42,727 nucleotides of DNA from an uncultured Sphingobacteriales bacterium (GCA_937888785.1 CALASI010000172.1:1-42727); one strand, 5' to 3'; numbered from the stretch's first letter, positions 1-10,623 are shown. Notes: a model not told the origin generated them from the letters alone. Program-made: numbers and translations.

Positions 1-416
1 GTTTTTCCATCTGCTTTTCCTGCCAGTTGTTTTGATGCCACGCCCATCACTTTGCCCATATCGGCAGGTGAAGAAGCTCCCGTATCAGCGACGATTTTAG
101 CAATGATCTCCTTTAGTTCTTCTGCTGATAACTGTGCAGGTAAATATTTTTCAATTACGTCAATTTCTTCTTTTTCTTTAGCAGCAAGTTCCGGGCGGTT
201 CTGTTGTTCAAATATCTCCAGCGAATCTTTTCTTTGCTTTACCAGTTTTTGTAAAAGCTTAATCTCATCGTCATCGCTTAAAGTGTCTTTGGCGCCTTGC
301 GCTGTTTTAGCCAGTAAAATAGCGGCTTTCACGGCACGCAACGCCTGAAGAGCCATCGCATTCTTTGCAAGCATTGCTGTTTTAATATCGTTGTTAATCG
401 TTTGTTCGAGTGACAT
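1..416 (-). CDS. yqeY: GatB/YqeY domain protein (runs off the window edge)
   Basis: Hand translation from ATG at 416: MSLEQTINNDIKTAMLAKNA...LLQKLVKQRKDSLEIFEQQNRPELAAKEKEEIDVIEKYLPAQLS...DMGKVMG, typical of YqeY. Absent from the ORF track because it has no stop inside the window. Confidence 0.9.
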   Translation of the reverse strand, partial: MSLEQTINNDIKTAMLAKNAMALQALRAVKAAILLAKTAQGAKDTLSDDDEIKLLQKLVKQRKDSLEIFEQQNRPELAAKEKEEIDVIEKYLPAQLSAEELKEIIAKIVADTGASSPADMGKVMGVASKQLAGKADGK

Positions 417-514
417 AGTTTAGTTATTTTTTAGTGAGTTAATTGTTGTTGTAGTTGAGGTAGAAGTCTTACAGCAAGTCCGAAAAAACAAATATCGTCA
501 TCTGCTGCCTTTGC

Positions 515-865
515 CTAATCCGCCTTGTTTTGCTCCAGTTGTTTCTGCTGAAATTTTTTGTAAAAATCTTTCGCAAAGTTTTTCATTTCTTCTACCTGGT
601 CGGTATAACGGGTGGCGCGGCCGTATGTATCCGCCATTGTCATTAATGTCTGATAAAAGAAATCAGCCATTTCATCCACCATCATTTTTTGTGTCCAAAG
701 ATCAATACGCAGCGCCTCCTTGTCCTCGCCATTCCAAAAGGAAAGGATCATCGCTTTTGCTTTCTGTACATTTTGAATCGTACTATCGCTCGCGTTCCAT
801 TCAATAGTTTCAGGAAAACGGTTTTCGTCCATCTGTACCTCAATAGATATTGTTGATTTCTTCAT
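515..865 (-). CDS. gldC: Gliding motility protein GldC
   Basis: MKKSTISIEVQMDENRFPETIEWNASD...LRIDLWTQKMMVDEMADFFYQTL matches GldC. Start moved to ATG 865, downstream of a TACCTTTG promoter box at 887-894. Confidence 0.88.
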   Translation of the reverse strand: MKKSTISIEVQMDENRFPETIEWNASDSTIQNVQKAKAMILSFWNGEDKEALRIDLWTQKMMVDEMADFFYQTLMTMADTYGRATRYTDQVEEMKNFAKDFYKKFQQKQLEQNKAD

Positions 866-973
866 TTGAGAATTTTTATTGGAGGGCAAAGGTACGCAAT
901 AGTTTTTCACGGATTTGCATCAGCCCTTGAACCGGATAGTTCAATAATTATCCTTTTACAAAAGCGGCATAGT

Positions 974-2032
974 TCATTTCAGCAATGTTGCAATTAACCC
1001 GTTTAGGTTCGCCTTTTTATCAAAATCAATCTTCAGATCCTCTGCATTTTGCGAAAGGAGGCTTCTTAGTGCTTCGTTTTTGTACAGGTTCATCATTTGG
1101 TCGGCTAAAGTCTCAGGTGTATTGTTCGTAATCTCTAAAATCCCTCCGGCATATTTAGAGGTAACCTCGGAACGCGGTGCCAACGACGGAATTCCGGTAA
1201 GCAGCGCTTCCAGAACCTGTATATTAAACGTTGCTCTCTCTGCTGTGCTGATATGGGCGTAGGCGCCGGAAAGACATTCGGCAAGTGTGCTTTCGTCCTG
1301 ATTGTTCACAATATTTACATCATTCCGGTATTTAAAATTTGAAAGCGGCTGAATTATTTCTTCCAACTCTTTAGTTGCAAATCGCGATCGCAAATAAACA
1401 ACCAGTTTCCAGTTGGTTTGCTGCATTTTCTTAAACGCGGAAAAAGCTTTTAACAGGTTTAAAAACCCAGCTTCATCAATTTCAAAATCGGTATAAACAA
1501 AATAGGGCTTTTCTTGAGCAAATTGTTCCCTTGCCGCAAGCTTTTCATTATAACTGAAAGTTTGGATGCCATCGGCAATCGGCACCGCAGAAACGATTGT
1601 ATTCGCCACCAGTTCTGGCTTAAGATGCGATATTTTTTGTTGAAGGGTTTCGGAAAAAGTTATTACCTGATTAACCATTGTCAGTTTTTGCAAAGTGTCG
1701 GCATCTGTAGCCACATCATCATTCAGCACAAGCACCTGAGGAATTTCGGTTTTTACAATGCCGCCGGTTTCAAATACCATTAACTTATCAATGGCGTATT
1801 GCTTTAACAGGTTCTTTATTGTTCTTTGTTCAAACAGGTTTGCCGAAAACATTTTACTCAAAGCGCCTTCAACCTTAATTGTTTTAGCACCGGTTATGTT
1901 GATGGAAAAATTTGTTTTGTTGAAAACAAAAACCTCGTGTTGCTTTTCTATCAATTTTTCTACGATAAGCCGGGCAATGTATTGTGACGATGTTTTAAAA
2001 AAATTCTCGCCGGCTATGATTCCAAATCTCAT
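974..2032 (-). CDS. Glycosyltransferase, GT-B fold (GT4-like), divergent
   Basis: C-terminal segment LLKAFSAFKK...ERATFNIQVLEALLTGIPSL...LADQMMNLYKNEALR resembles the GT4 nucleotide-sugar-binding half. Confidence 0.7.
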   Translation of the reverse strand: MRFGIIAGENFFKTSSQYIARLIVEKLIEKQHEVFVFNKTNFSINITGAKTIKVEGALSKMFSANLFEQRTIKNLLKQYAIDKLMVFETGGIVKTEIPQVLVLNDDVATDADTLQKLTMVNQVITFSETLQQKISHLKPELVANTIVSAVPIADGIQTFSYNEKLAAREQFAQEKPYFVYTDFEIDEAGFLNLLKAFSAFKKMQQTNWKLVVYLRSRFATKELEEIIQPLSNFKYRNDVNIVNNQDESTLAECLSGAYAHISTAERATFNIQVLEALLTGIPSLAPRSEVTSKYAGGILEITNNTPETLADQMMNLYKNEALRSLLSQNAEDLKIDFDKKANLNGLIATLLK

Positions 2033-2044
2033 AAATGCTAAAAA

Positions 2045-2464
2045 CTATGCTTTGTTTCCTTTTAAATATTCGCGCATATCGCCGCTTTCTACAATGCGCT
2101 TTTCGCTTACATCCCGGTTATACCAGTACACCCAGGCCGTAAGCGTTTCGTTATTAAAACTCACATCCACGGCTTCACGTTCGTAATAAACCGCCTCGCC
2201 CTCTTCGGGGTAAAGGCCTTCGTAATCATCAAGCTGCGCCATTGCAAAAGAAAACTCATTTTCGTTTATAATTTGGTACAACTCGCCCCTGACCACGCGG
2301 CCGGTTTTTTGAGGTACCACAACAGGGAACTCGCCCATATCGTACATGGTACCGTTTACGGTTGCCTCGCCCAGCAACCTGAAGTATTTTCTGATGTATT
2401 CGTAAGCCTGGCTTTGAAACCCGCTTAACAATGAGCCGTAAACAAATAGATGACTAGTTTGCAT
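2045..2464 (-). CDS. Gamma-glutamylcyclotransferase (GGCT/AIG2-like)
   Basis: Motifs LFVYGSL, GELY, LDDYEG and AWVYWY. Likely start at ATG 2464. Confidence 0.85.
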   Translation of the reverse strand: MQTSHLFVYGSLLSGFQSQAYEYIRKYFRLLGEATVNGTMYDMGEFPVVVPQKTGRVVRGELYQIINENEFSFAMAQLDDYEGLYPEEGEAVYYEREAVDVSFNNETLTAWVYWYNRDVSEKRIVESGDMREYLKGNKA

Positions 2465-2497
2465 AGCCTTAAAGTTACGAAGAAGATTCTTCACTTT

Positions 2498-2819
2498 TTA
2501 CAAAGCCTTATTTTGATTTGCGTCTTTTATCAACTTCTTTGTTTTTTGCATTTTATAGTCGATGCCTTTTTTTATGGCATCAATTGTTGGGCCTGCAAAT
2601 TCGTCCGGTAGCACGCCCCAGCCTTTTTTAGGCAGCTTTTTATTGATCACTAACCTGAACAAAGGCAATCTAAACCTGATCTTTGTATTAGGCAATACAA
2701 CTTCATTAATAAACCAGGCACTGTTGCCGTAGGCCGCGCCGCCACTGGGTTCGCCAACAATTGTTACGTTTTGCTGACCTTTTAAAACACTCATTACTAA
2801 AACAGATGCAGAAAATGTA
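2498..2819 (-). pseudogene. Orphan C-terminal fragment of an S41-family peptidase
   Basis: In-frame TFSASVLVMSVLKGQQNVTIVGEPSGG...LPNTKIRFRLP...GVLPD is the S41 catalytic-Ser region and C-terminus. The N-terminal part is missing and IS630 sequence begins immediately upstream. Confidence 0.8.
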
Positions 2820-3794
2820 AATCACTGATCTCATTCAGGTTTTTAAACAACTTGTTGGTAAAGCTCCGTTTGATATGCTGCCATATCTTTTCTGCCGGAT
2901 TTAGTTCCGGGCTATATGGCGGAAGAAATAGCAGGGCAATGTTTGGAGGAATTTTTAATCTTTTGGCTTTATGAAAAGCACCATTATCCAATACTACGAT
3001 TTTATATTCCTGAGGATTGGTTTGTGAAAACTCATTAAGAAATACCTGAAAAGTATCTGTATTACAACAAGGCATTTCTAATTGAAACTGCTCTCCTGTT
3101 AGCGGGGAAAAAGCTCCAAAAATATAGGTGTACTCAAAAACCTGCTGGAACGTGCATACTGGCTGAACTCCTTTGGCTGTCAAGCCTCTTCCATACTTAG
3201 TATGTAGCCCAACCCTGCTTTCATCGTGAAAAAACAAATTGACAGCGCTATATTCAACAGGTATGCCAAGAGCTATATCTGCTACCCTTTTCGTGAAGTT
3301 TTTTTAAAAGCCTCCACCGCCTGGGCATCTTTGTTGACATGGCTTTTTCTTGCTGCTTTTACGCTGGTTCCAAAGTGCCTGATTGCATATTTAAGCACTG
3401 TATTGTATTTCACCTCCTTGTTAAACTCGTCTTTTATCCACTGCCGGAGTTCTGCGTAACCTGCCAAACCATTTTTGGCATCATGGAGCTTTTCGGCCAT
3501 TTTGTTGTGTTCTTCTTTGGTAAAAACAGATGGTTTACCCGCATGATCCTTTCTGCCATTTGCCATTAATAGTTCTATTCCGCCCACCTTATAGGCCGTA
3601 CGCCAATTATGAATGCTTTGGCTACAGGCTCCTACGCTTTCCATCAGCTCCCTTTTGCTTATGCCATCGCTGCCGGCTTTTTTCATGGCTAAAAGCATTT
3701 TAATACGGGGCTCCATCATCGCAGAAGACTTCTTTAATCTAACCCTAAGTTCTTTGACCGTTTCTTTAACTGGTATAAATAGTGCAAACGACAT
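2797..3794 (-). CDS. IS630 transposase, two ORFs joined by a -1 frameshift
   Basis: TTTAAAAAAAC at 3298-3308 (minus). The -1 frame reads NFTKRVADIALGIPVEYSAVNLFFHDES without a stop into ORF2. Confidence 0.8.
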
Positions 3795-3877
3795 AATGAT
3801 TTATTTTTTAGACCAAAGGTAAAACAAAAAAACCAATACGTAAAATATCGGTCTTAAATAATTTTCACTTTCGTATA
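2820..3877 (-). mobile_element. IS630-family insertion sequence, 3'-truncated
   Basis: ORF 3282-3794 (HTH) and ORF 2797-3237 with DDE motifs FHDES, VLDNG and YSPELNPAE. The left end reads TA-TACGAAAGTGAAAATTATTTAAGACC on the minus strand from 3877. No matching right end is seen. Confidence 0.88.
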
Positions 3878-4016
3878 ATTTGCGCTTGCGCCAATTTGAA
3901 CTTGAGTTTGGTGTTTTACTGAATTTTGTAAAAGTTTCTTTGGTATTAAATCCAACGGCACAAGTAATTCAAAAATGAACGCAACTTCATTGCTTATCAA
4001 AAAGCCCGTTAACGTT

Positions 4017-5285
4017 TTACTTATCAAACTGCTTTAAATTAAGTGCCGGATTTATCCTCGCGTCCTGCGCCAGCAGGTCTTTCCAGTAAACTGTTTTATT
4101 CTTTTCGGCTGCTTCACGGCCAAGTATCGCGCTCAGTGAGGAGTTGGCGCCATCTTCAAGCAAATTCAGCCGGTTGCCGCTGGTGATGGCATTAATAAAC
4201 GATTTGCCTTTATTGATGTCAGCGTCATCAAGAGAAGAGTTAGAAGTTCCTTTTGCTATTTGCTCAGGCGTTAACGCCGTACCGGAGCGGTTAATACCGC
4301 AGTCCCACCCATTTTCACCGTTTATAAAAACGCCTCCGCTGTAATGTGCTTCTGCTATGCCTTTGGTGCCAATAAAGCGGGCACAAACATCCCCAAATGT
4401 GTTCCCAAGTTTCGAAGATTGTACGGTTACGTTAATATCATTTGGGTATTTGTAAATCACCTGGTAATTCGTCCAAGCGTTGCCGATGTCACTTTTCCCT
4501 TTATCGCCGCCAAGCCCCATAGCATATAAAGGAGTCGTACCTAATGCCCAATTGCACACATCAATCATGTGGATGGCCTGGTCAAGGTAAATGCCGCCCG
4601 AGAGTTCATTAAAATAAAAATGATTGCGTATTCTCATTTCATCGCGCGACCATTTTTCGTTTCGGAAAACAGGGTTAACCGAAGAAAAATAATAAAGTTG
4701 AACGCTTATGATTTCACCAATATCGCCATTGTGAATTCGCTCCATCATTTGCACATAAGGCGTGGCATACCGTATCTGAAACCCAACAACGGCAGTCTGT
4801 TTAGTGCCCAGCGTTTTACCTGTAGCTATAAATTTTTTGCATCCGTTCGTATCAATCGCTGTGGGCTTTTCCGAGTACACATGTTTGCCCGCTTTTGCCG
4901 CAGCTTCTAAAATAAAGGGGTGGGCATAGCCCGGCGTCGAAATCAGCACCGCGTCCACCTCTTTATTATTGATCAACGACTGATAGGCTTTTGATCCCTG
5001 ATAAATATTTTTTTTAGCTACGGCGCCAAAGCCTTTTTTGGCATTGAGGCCATTTACTCTTCGTTCTGCGACAGGCAGCTTATCATTAAAAAGATCAGCC
5101 AGCGCAATGATATTAATATTGTTATGCGCCGACATGGTGCTAATAACCGAGCTTCCCCGGTTGCCGCAGCCCACCATCCCAATAGTAACCGCCGAATTAT
5201 TATTGGTGGCAAAAACAATTGATGGTTTTAGGATGAGCACACCTGAAGCGGCTCCTGCAGCTTTTAAAAAATTTCTTCGTTTCAT
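4017..5285 (-). CDS. Tat-exported Gfo/Idh/MocA oxidoreductase
   Basis: MKRRNFLK twin-arginine signal, GMVGCGNRG Rossmann motif, GKHVYSEKP, DQAIHMID. Confidence 0.9.
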   Translation of the reverse strand: MKRRNFLKAAGAASGVLILKPSIVFATNNNSAVTIGMVGCGNRGSSVISTMSAHNNINIIALADLFNDKLPVAERRVNGLNAKKGFGAVAKKNIYQGSKAYQSLINNKEVDAVLISTPGYAHPFILEAAAKAGKHVYSEKPTAIDTNGCKKFIATGKTLGTKQTAVVGFQIRYATPYVQMMERIHNGDIGEIISVQLYYFSSVNPVFRNEKWSRDEMRIRNHFYFNELSGGIYLDQAIHMIDVCNWALGTTPLYAMGLGGDKGKSDIGNAWTNYQVIYKYPNDINVTVQSSKLGNTFGDVCARFIGTKGIAEAHYSGGVFINGENGWDCGINRSGTALTPEQIAKGTSNSSLDDADINKGKSFINAITSGNRLNLLEDGANSSLSAILGREAAEKNKTVYWKDLLAQDARINPALNLKQFDK

Positions 5286-5518
5286 TATGATCAGTTTTGC
5301 GTTAGATAAAATGTATGCTACTAAGTTATTGATAAAGTTTCCGCTAAAAGAAATTTTTCGAAATTATGTGCAACAATTACGATTTATAAGAAAGAAACCG
5401 GAATAGGGATTTAATAAATAGTTTTCCGAAATGTTGCGTTTTCCCTCTCATGCTCGTCTTTTCTATTATGTTGAAATTAATTTACTATGCTTTTAAGTAC
5501 ACCTCACCTCAAACTACC

Positions 5519-5917
5519 ATGATGAAAAGTTTATTTTTTATTCTGATCGTTAGCATAGCCTTCACAGCTTGTAAACAAGAAGGCATCGGCCTTGAAAACG
5601 GGAACAATCAAATGCTACAAAAAACCTGGGTCAACTCGGTTGAAGAACAAGCCACCAGCGAAGAATTGATTTATCGCCCTGAAAACTACCGCGATTTCCC
5701 GGTTTTGATGTACCGTCACCAATATGTTTTTAATTCGGGCGGAAAGGGTAAAATTTTTGTACTTGCTCAAAACGACGGCCATTATTTTGCGCCCTGCACA
5801 TGGGCTTATAATGCCGGCACACATATTTTGGAAATTAAGCAAGACGGAGAAGAAAGGCCAACCCAATTTTTGGTGACGGCTTTAGAAAATGATTTGCTGA
5901 AGTTAAAAAGATTATAG
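5519..5917 (+). CDS. Hypothetical lipoprotein (possibly lipocalin-like beta barrel)
   Basis: MMKSLFFILIVSIAFTA-C lipobox and a beta-rich mature part. Start moved to ATG 5519. Confidence 0.65.
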   Translation: MMKSLFFILIVSIAFTACKQEGIGLENGNNQMLQKTWVNSVEEQATSEELIYRPENYRDFPVLMYRHQYVFNSGGKGKIFVLAQNDGHYFAPCTWAYNAGTHILEIKQDGEERPTQFLVTALENDLLKLKRL

Positions 5918-5975
5918 TTGATGGCTGTAAACTGAATGTAATTTTTAAGAGTTCTTGTACTAATTTTACATTCAA

Positions 5976-7889
5976 ATGCAACAGCATCTTCATCAAATTC
6001 TTAAACGGTATTTTGGTTTTGACGAATTCCGTCCATTGCAACTGGATATTATTTCCACAGCAATGAACGGCGATGATGTGTTGGCACTGATGCCCACGGG
6101 TGGCGGAAAATCTTTATGTTATCAGGTTCCCGCGCTTGCTAAAGAAGGCTTGTGCCTTGTTATTTCCCCGCTAATTGCTTTGATGAACGACCAGGTACAA
6201 AACCTGCGCAAAAGAAATATCACAGCGTTTGCTATTCACACAGGCATGCCGCGAAAAGAAGTGATCAATGTGTTGGAAACGGCCTCGCACAGCAATTGCA
6301 AATTTTTATATGTGTCTCCCGAACGTTTGGAGACATCTTTGTTTAAAGAGTACCTGCCGGGGCTTGGCGTAAATTTTATTGCTGTTGATGAAGCGCATTG
6401 CATCTCGCAATGGGGTTATGATTTTCGTCCGCCGTATTTAAGGATTGTTCAATTGAGGGAAGAATTGCCCGATGTTCCTGTGATTGCGCTGACCGCTTCT
6501 GCAACGCCGCTCGTGCAAAAAGATATTTGCGAAAAATTGAGTGTTGACGGCGCAGGCAATTTCAAAATCTTCAGGCAGTCTTTCGAAAGGCCGAATTTAT
6601 CTTACAGCGTTTTTCGGGTGCACAGCCGGATTAATAAAATTGCTGAGGTTTTATCAAATGTGCAGGGTACAGCAATCGTGTATTGTAAAACCCGAAAGCG
6701 CACCAAAGAAATTGCTGAACTCCTGAATATGCAGGGCATCGCCGCCGACTTTTATAATGCAGGACTTAGTTCTGAAGAACGCACAAAAAGGCAACACAAC
6801 TGGGTGCAGAACAAAACTCGTGTGATTGTGTGCACAAACGCGTTTGGTATGGGCATCGACAAGCCTGATGTGCGGGTGGTGATTCATGCGGATGTGCCGG
6901 ATTGCCTTGAAAATTATTATCAGGAAGCAGGCCGCGCGGGCCGTGATGGCAGGCGTTCGTTTGCGGTGCTTTTGTATGACGATACGGAAATTGATGTGTT
7001 AAAACAAATGCCTGATATACGTTATCCCGATATGGAAACAATCAGGCAGGTATATAAAAGTACGGTGAATTATTTGCAACTTCCCGAAGGCGAAGAGCCG
7101 GGCGATTATTATGATTTTGACCTGAAGGACTTCATTAAAAAATTCAATCTCGACATCAATACTACGATTTACGGTTTAAAAGCGCTGGAGCAGGATGGTT
7201 GGCTGAGTTTTAATGAAACAGTTTTTATGGCGGCTACCGTCAGGTTCACAATTTCTAAAAACGAGTTGTACGAATATGAAGCCACACACGCCCACCTGGA
7301 GCCGATGATAAAAACTTTGCTCCGCACTTACGAGGGAATTTATGATTACCCGGTTGCTGTTTCTGAAACCTACGTTGCTTATCTGACAAAGTTTGAAATT
7401 GCAGTTGTAAAAGATCAGTTGAACAGGCTGCATTTTGACCGTGTGATAGATTATCAACCGCAAAAGGATTCGCCGCAGGTGTACCTTAACCGCAGCCGTA
7501 TCAAATCGTCGTTGCTGCAAATTGATATTGAATTATTGTCTGAACGTAAAAGAATCTTTGCCGAACGGATTGACCAGATGATCAAATATATTTTGGATAA
7601 AAAAGAATGCCGCAGCAAGATCATCGGGAACTATTTTGGAGACGCCGAAATGAAAGATTGCGGTATTTGCGACAACTGCCTCCGCAGAAAAAAAACTGAG
7701 ATATCAAAAGAAAACTTTAATAAAATTTCGGCCTTCCTTAAAAATAATTTACAAACGCCACAAAGCACCATTCATGTTTTTAAGCAACTACCGGGCTTTA
7801 ATAAGGAACAGGTTTGGACGGTTATTAATTTCCTGGTGGATGAAGGGCATATCCATATTCAAATAGACGGCAAATTGAAGTGGAAATAA
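5976..7889 (+). CDS. recQ: RecQ-family ATP-dependent DNA helicase (Bacteroidetes second RecQ type, no HRDC seen)
   Basis: MPTGGGKS, VDEAHCISQWGYDFRP, ALTASAT, YYQEAGRAGRDG, Zn motif CR...CGICDNC. Confidence 0.93.
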   Translation: MQQHLHQILKRYFGFDEFRPLQLDIISTAMNGDDVLALMPTGGGKSLCYQVPALAKEGLCLVISPLIALMNDQVQNLRKRNITAFAIHTGMPRKEVINVLETASHSNCKFLYVSPERLETSLFKEYLPGLGVNFIAVDEAHCISQWGYDFRPPYLRIVQLREELPDVPVIALTASATPLVQKDICEKLSVDGAGNFKIFRQSFERPNLSYSVFRVHSRINKIAEVLSNVQGTAIVYCKTRKRTKEIAELLNMQGIAADFYNAGLSSEERTKRQHNWVQNKTRVIVCTNAFGMGIDKPDVRVVIHADVPDCLENYYQEAGRAGRDGRRSFAVLLYDDTEIDVLKQMPDIRYPDMETIRQVYKSTVNYLQLPEGEEPGDYYDFDLKDFIKKFNLDINTTIYGLKALEQDGWLSFNETVFMAATVRFTISKNELYEYEATHAHLEPMIKTLLRTYEGIYDYPVAVSETYVAYLTKFEIAVVKDQLNRLHFDRVIDYQPQKDSPQVYLNRSRIKSSLLQIDIELLSERKRIFAERIDQMIKYILDKKECRSKIIGNYFGDAEMKDCGICDNCLRRKKTEISKENFNKISAFLKNNLQTPQSTIHVFKQLPGFNKEQVWTVINFLVDEGHIHIQIDGKLKWK

Positions 7890-8038
7890 AACCGCCCCGC
7901 AAAGAGCGACATTTTTCTGTTAACAGCTATCCTGGTAAACGCCACCGCCTTTGAAAACGGCGACAACTATAATTTTAATATTTGATAAGTTGTCCTGAAA
8001 ATTGAAACCTTTCTTATCAAAGCATTTTATATTTGACC

Positions 8039-8608
8039 ATGCTCAATTTTGAAAACGATATAAAAAAATGTGTTGAAGTGTTAAACAACAAAGGTGTAAT
8101 CCTTTATCCCACCGATACTGTTTGGGGTTTGGGTTGTGATGCAACCAACGAAGAAGCTGTGTCGAAGATCTACCATATAAAAAAAAGAAGCGATAGCAAA
8201 GCCCTGATTGTATTAGCAGCGACAGAACGGGACGTAATGCAATACACTGCTGCCGTGGATTTGAGCCTTTTTGAATTTTTGAATGAAGCCGAAAAACCAA
8301 CAACCGTCATTTACGATAACGGTATCGGGTTTGCTGACAATCTTTTGGCCGAAGATGGCAGCATTGCCATCAGAATTGCAAATGATGAGTTCTGCCGTGC
8401 CCTGATAAAAAGGTTTGGAAAGCCGATCGTTTCAACTTCTGCAAATATTTCAGGAGCATCAACGCCAGCTAACTTTTTACAGATCAGTGATGAAATAAAA
8501 TCATCGGTTGATTTTGTTGTGACTCACAAACAGAATGATGAAACGCCCGCCACGCCCAGCTCAATCATAAAATGGGAAAACGGCGAAGCGATTTTTATCA
8601 GGAAGTAA
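8039..8608 (+). CDS. tsaC: L-threonylcarbamoyladenylate synthase (Sua5/YrdC)
   Basis: ILYPTDTVWGLGCDA, KKR, PIVSTSANISG. Confidence 0.92.
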   Translation: MLNFENDIKKCVEVLNNKGVILYPTDTVWGLGCDATNEEAVSKIYHIKKRSDSKALIVLAATERDVMQYTAAVDLSLFEFLNEAEKPTTVIYDNGIGFADNLLAEDGSIAIRIANDEFCRALIKRFGKPIVSTSANISGASTPANFLQISDEIKSSVDFVVTHKQNDETPATPSSIIKWENGEAIFIRK

Positions 8609-8705
8609 TTTTTGAATTACAGTACCTGCCAGGGATTTGCATTGCAAGGATTGTAAGTTTTACATGGTTGCGGAAAACCCCCGGCTCGTTATCTTTGCCC
8701 ACCCG

Positions 8706-10118
8706 ATGGATATTCAATTAAACGATAAAGAAAAAGAGATTATTGACAAAGTAGCGCAGGCCGCACAGGAGCTGGGGCTTGAAAGCTATTTAGTGGGCGG
8801 GTTTGTGCGCGATAAAATTTTGGGCCGCCGTACTAAGGATGCCGATATTGTTTGTGTGGGCGATGGTATTAAATTAGCCAAAGCAGTCGCACAAAAGTTC
8901 AGGCCTATACCTGAGGTTAATTATTTTAAAAATTTTGGCACAGCACATATTCACAGTTCAGATTTTGATATTGAATTTGTTGGCGCCCGTAAAGAAAGCT
9001 ATCAACGCCACAGCCGCAAGCCCGAGGTGGAACCGGGTACTTTAGAAGACGATCAAAACCGAAGAGATTTTACCATCAATGCGCTTGCCATTAGTTTGAA
9101 CAAAAATGATTTTGGTAAATTACTCGATCCGTTTAACGGCGTTCAACATCTTGAAGAAAAGATTATTATCACGCCGCTGGAGCCTGACCGGACTTTCAGT
9201 GATGACCCTTTGCGTATGATGCGTGCCATCCGCTTTGCAACGCAATTGAATTTTAAAATTGCTGATGAAGTTTTTGAGTCTGTTAAACGAAACGCTGAGC
9301 GTATTAAAATTATTTCGCAGGAAAGAATTACTGATGAGTTGAACAAAATAATTTTAGCGAACAAGCCATCAATTGGTTTTGACCTGTTGTACAAAAGCGG
9401 CTTGCTGAAAATCATCTTTCCAAAAATGGTGGATTTGGCAGGCGCCGAATTTATTGAAGGGAAAGGCCATAAGGATAATTTTTATCATACACTACAGGTA
9501 CTCGATAATATTTCGGAAAACACTGATGATCTTTGGCTTCGCTGGGCGGCTATCCTGCACGATATTGCAAAACCCGCAACGAAAAAATTTGAGGAAGGCC
9601 ATGGCTGGACTTTTCACGGGCATGAAGTGGTGGGAGGCAGGATGGTTCCTAAGATTTTCGCGCAGCTAAAACTTCCGCTAAACGAAAAAATGAAGCAGGT
9701 AAAAAAGCTCGTGGAGTTACACCTTCGCCCGATCAGCCTGACCAAAGAAAACATTACTGACTCGGCAATCCGCAGACTGTTATTTGATGCTGGTGAAGAT
9801 TTTGAAGCACTGATGATGCTTTGCGAAGCTGATATTACGAGTAAGAATAAATATAAAGTGCGGCGCTACCTTGAAAATTTTCAGTTGGTGCGCGAGCATT
9901 GCAGAGAGGTTGAAGAAAAAGACCAGATACGCAACTGGCAGCCGCCGATTGATGGTACCCGGATTATGGAACTCTTTAACCTAAAGCCGTCGCGTGAAGT
10001 GGGTTTATTAAAAGGTGCCTTGAAAGATGCTATTTTAGATGGCGAAGTTGCTAACAATTATGATGCTGCTTATGAATTTCTACTGAGCAAAGCAAAGGAA
10101 ATAGGTGTGGTGAAATAG
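8706..10118 (+). CDS. cca: CCA-adding tRNA nucleotidyltransferase with HD domain
   Basis: LVGGFVRD, DADI, RRDFTINA, DDPLRMMRAIRF, LHDIAK. Start moved to ATG 8706, after a TATCTTTG box at 8690-8697. Confidence 0.9.
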   Translation: MDIQLNDKEKEIIDKVAQAAQELGLESYLVGGFVRDKILGRRTKDADIVCVGDGIKLAKAVAQKFRPIPEVNYFKNFGTAHIHSSDFDIEFVGARKESYQRHSRKPEVEPGTLEDDQNRRDFTINALAISLNKNDFGKLLDPFNGVQHLEEKIIITPLEPDRTFSDDPLRMMRAIRFATQLNFKIADEVFESVKRNAERIKIISQERITDELNKIILANKPSIGFDLLYKSGLLKIIFPKMVDLAGAEFIEGKGHKDNFYHTLQVLDNISENTDDLWLRWAAILHDIAKPATKKFEEGHGWTFHGHEVVGGRMVPKIFAQLKLPLNEKMKQVKKLVELHLRPISLTKENITDSAIRRLLFDAGEDFEALMMLCEADITSKNKYKVRRYLENFQLVREHCREVEEKDQIRNWQPPIDGTRIMELFNLKPSREVGLLKGALKDAILDGEVANNYDAAYEFLLSKAKEIGVVK

Positions 10119-10120
10119 TT

Positions 10121-10585
10121 TTAAGGTTTTACTTTCTCGATTTGTTTGTGAAAGGGTAAATAAGTTTCAAGTGCTGCAGAGCCATACCAGGGATAGATTT
10201 CAGCGGCGAGCAAACCTGCTTTTATTGCAGGATCAGATTGTAACAAAATTTCAGTTTCACTTTTGTCTTTGGTTTTAAAAATATAAAGTCCGCGGTATTG
10301 TTTCTCGTTTTTCCCGAAAGGCCCCGCAATAACTAATTTTCCTTCATCAGCAAGCCTGCCAATATTTGCGAGATGCCCCCGAAACAAGGAGTTGATAGAA
10401 TCTTTGTTTTCGATCTTTGCAGATCCAGTTTTCAGAATCACAAACTGATACATGCGCATACCGTATTCGTCTGCGCCAAGCTTTTCGGCGAGTTGTTTAT
10501 TGTAGCCATCTTCAACAGCATTCTTTGAGTTGCTACACGCTGAAAGAATGATTGCGAAAAAGAGAATCAAATGTAAATTTCTCAT
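10121..10585 (-). CDS. YciI-like protein with lipoprotein signal
   Basis: MRNLHLILFFAIILSA-C lipobox; GHLANI, GKLVIAGPF, RGLYIF, DPAIKAG. Confidence 0.8.
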   Translation of the reverse strand: MRNLHLILFFAIILSACSNSKNAVEDGYNKQLAEKLGADEYGMRMYQFVILKTGSAKIENKDSINSLFRGHLANIGRLADEGKLVIAGPFGKNEKQYRGLYIFKTKDKSETEILLQSDPAIKAGLLAAEIYPWYGSAALETYLPFHKQIEKVKP

Positions 10586-10623
10586 AACTGGAATAGATGC
10601 TACTCGTCCTGTGTTTGGGAAAA

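Noticed and set aside
52-807. Plus-strand ORFs 52-348 and 511-807, and the many other short ORFs overlapping long genes
   Set aside because: They are antisense or alternate-frame shadows of well-supported genes and have no recognisable motifs.
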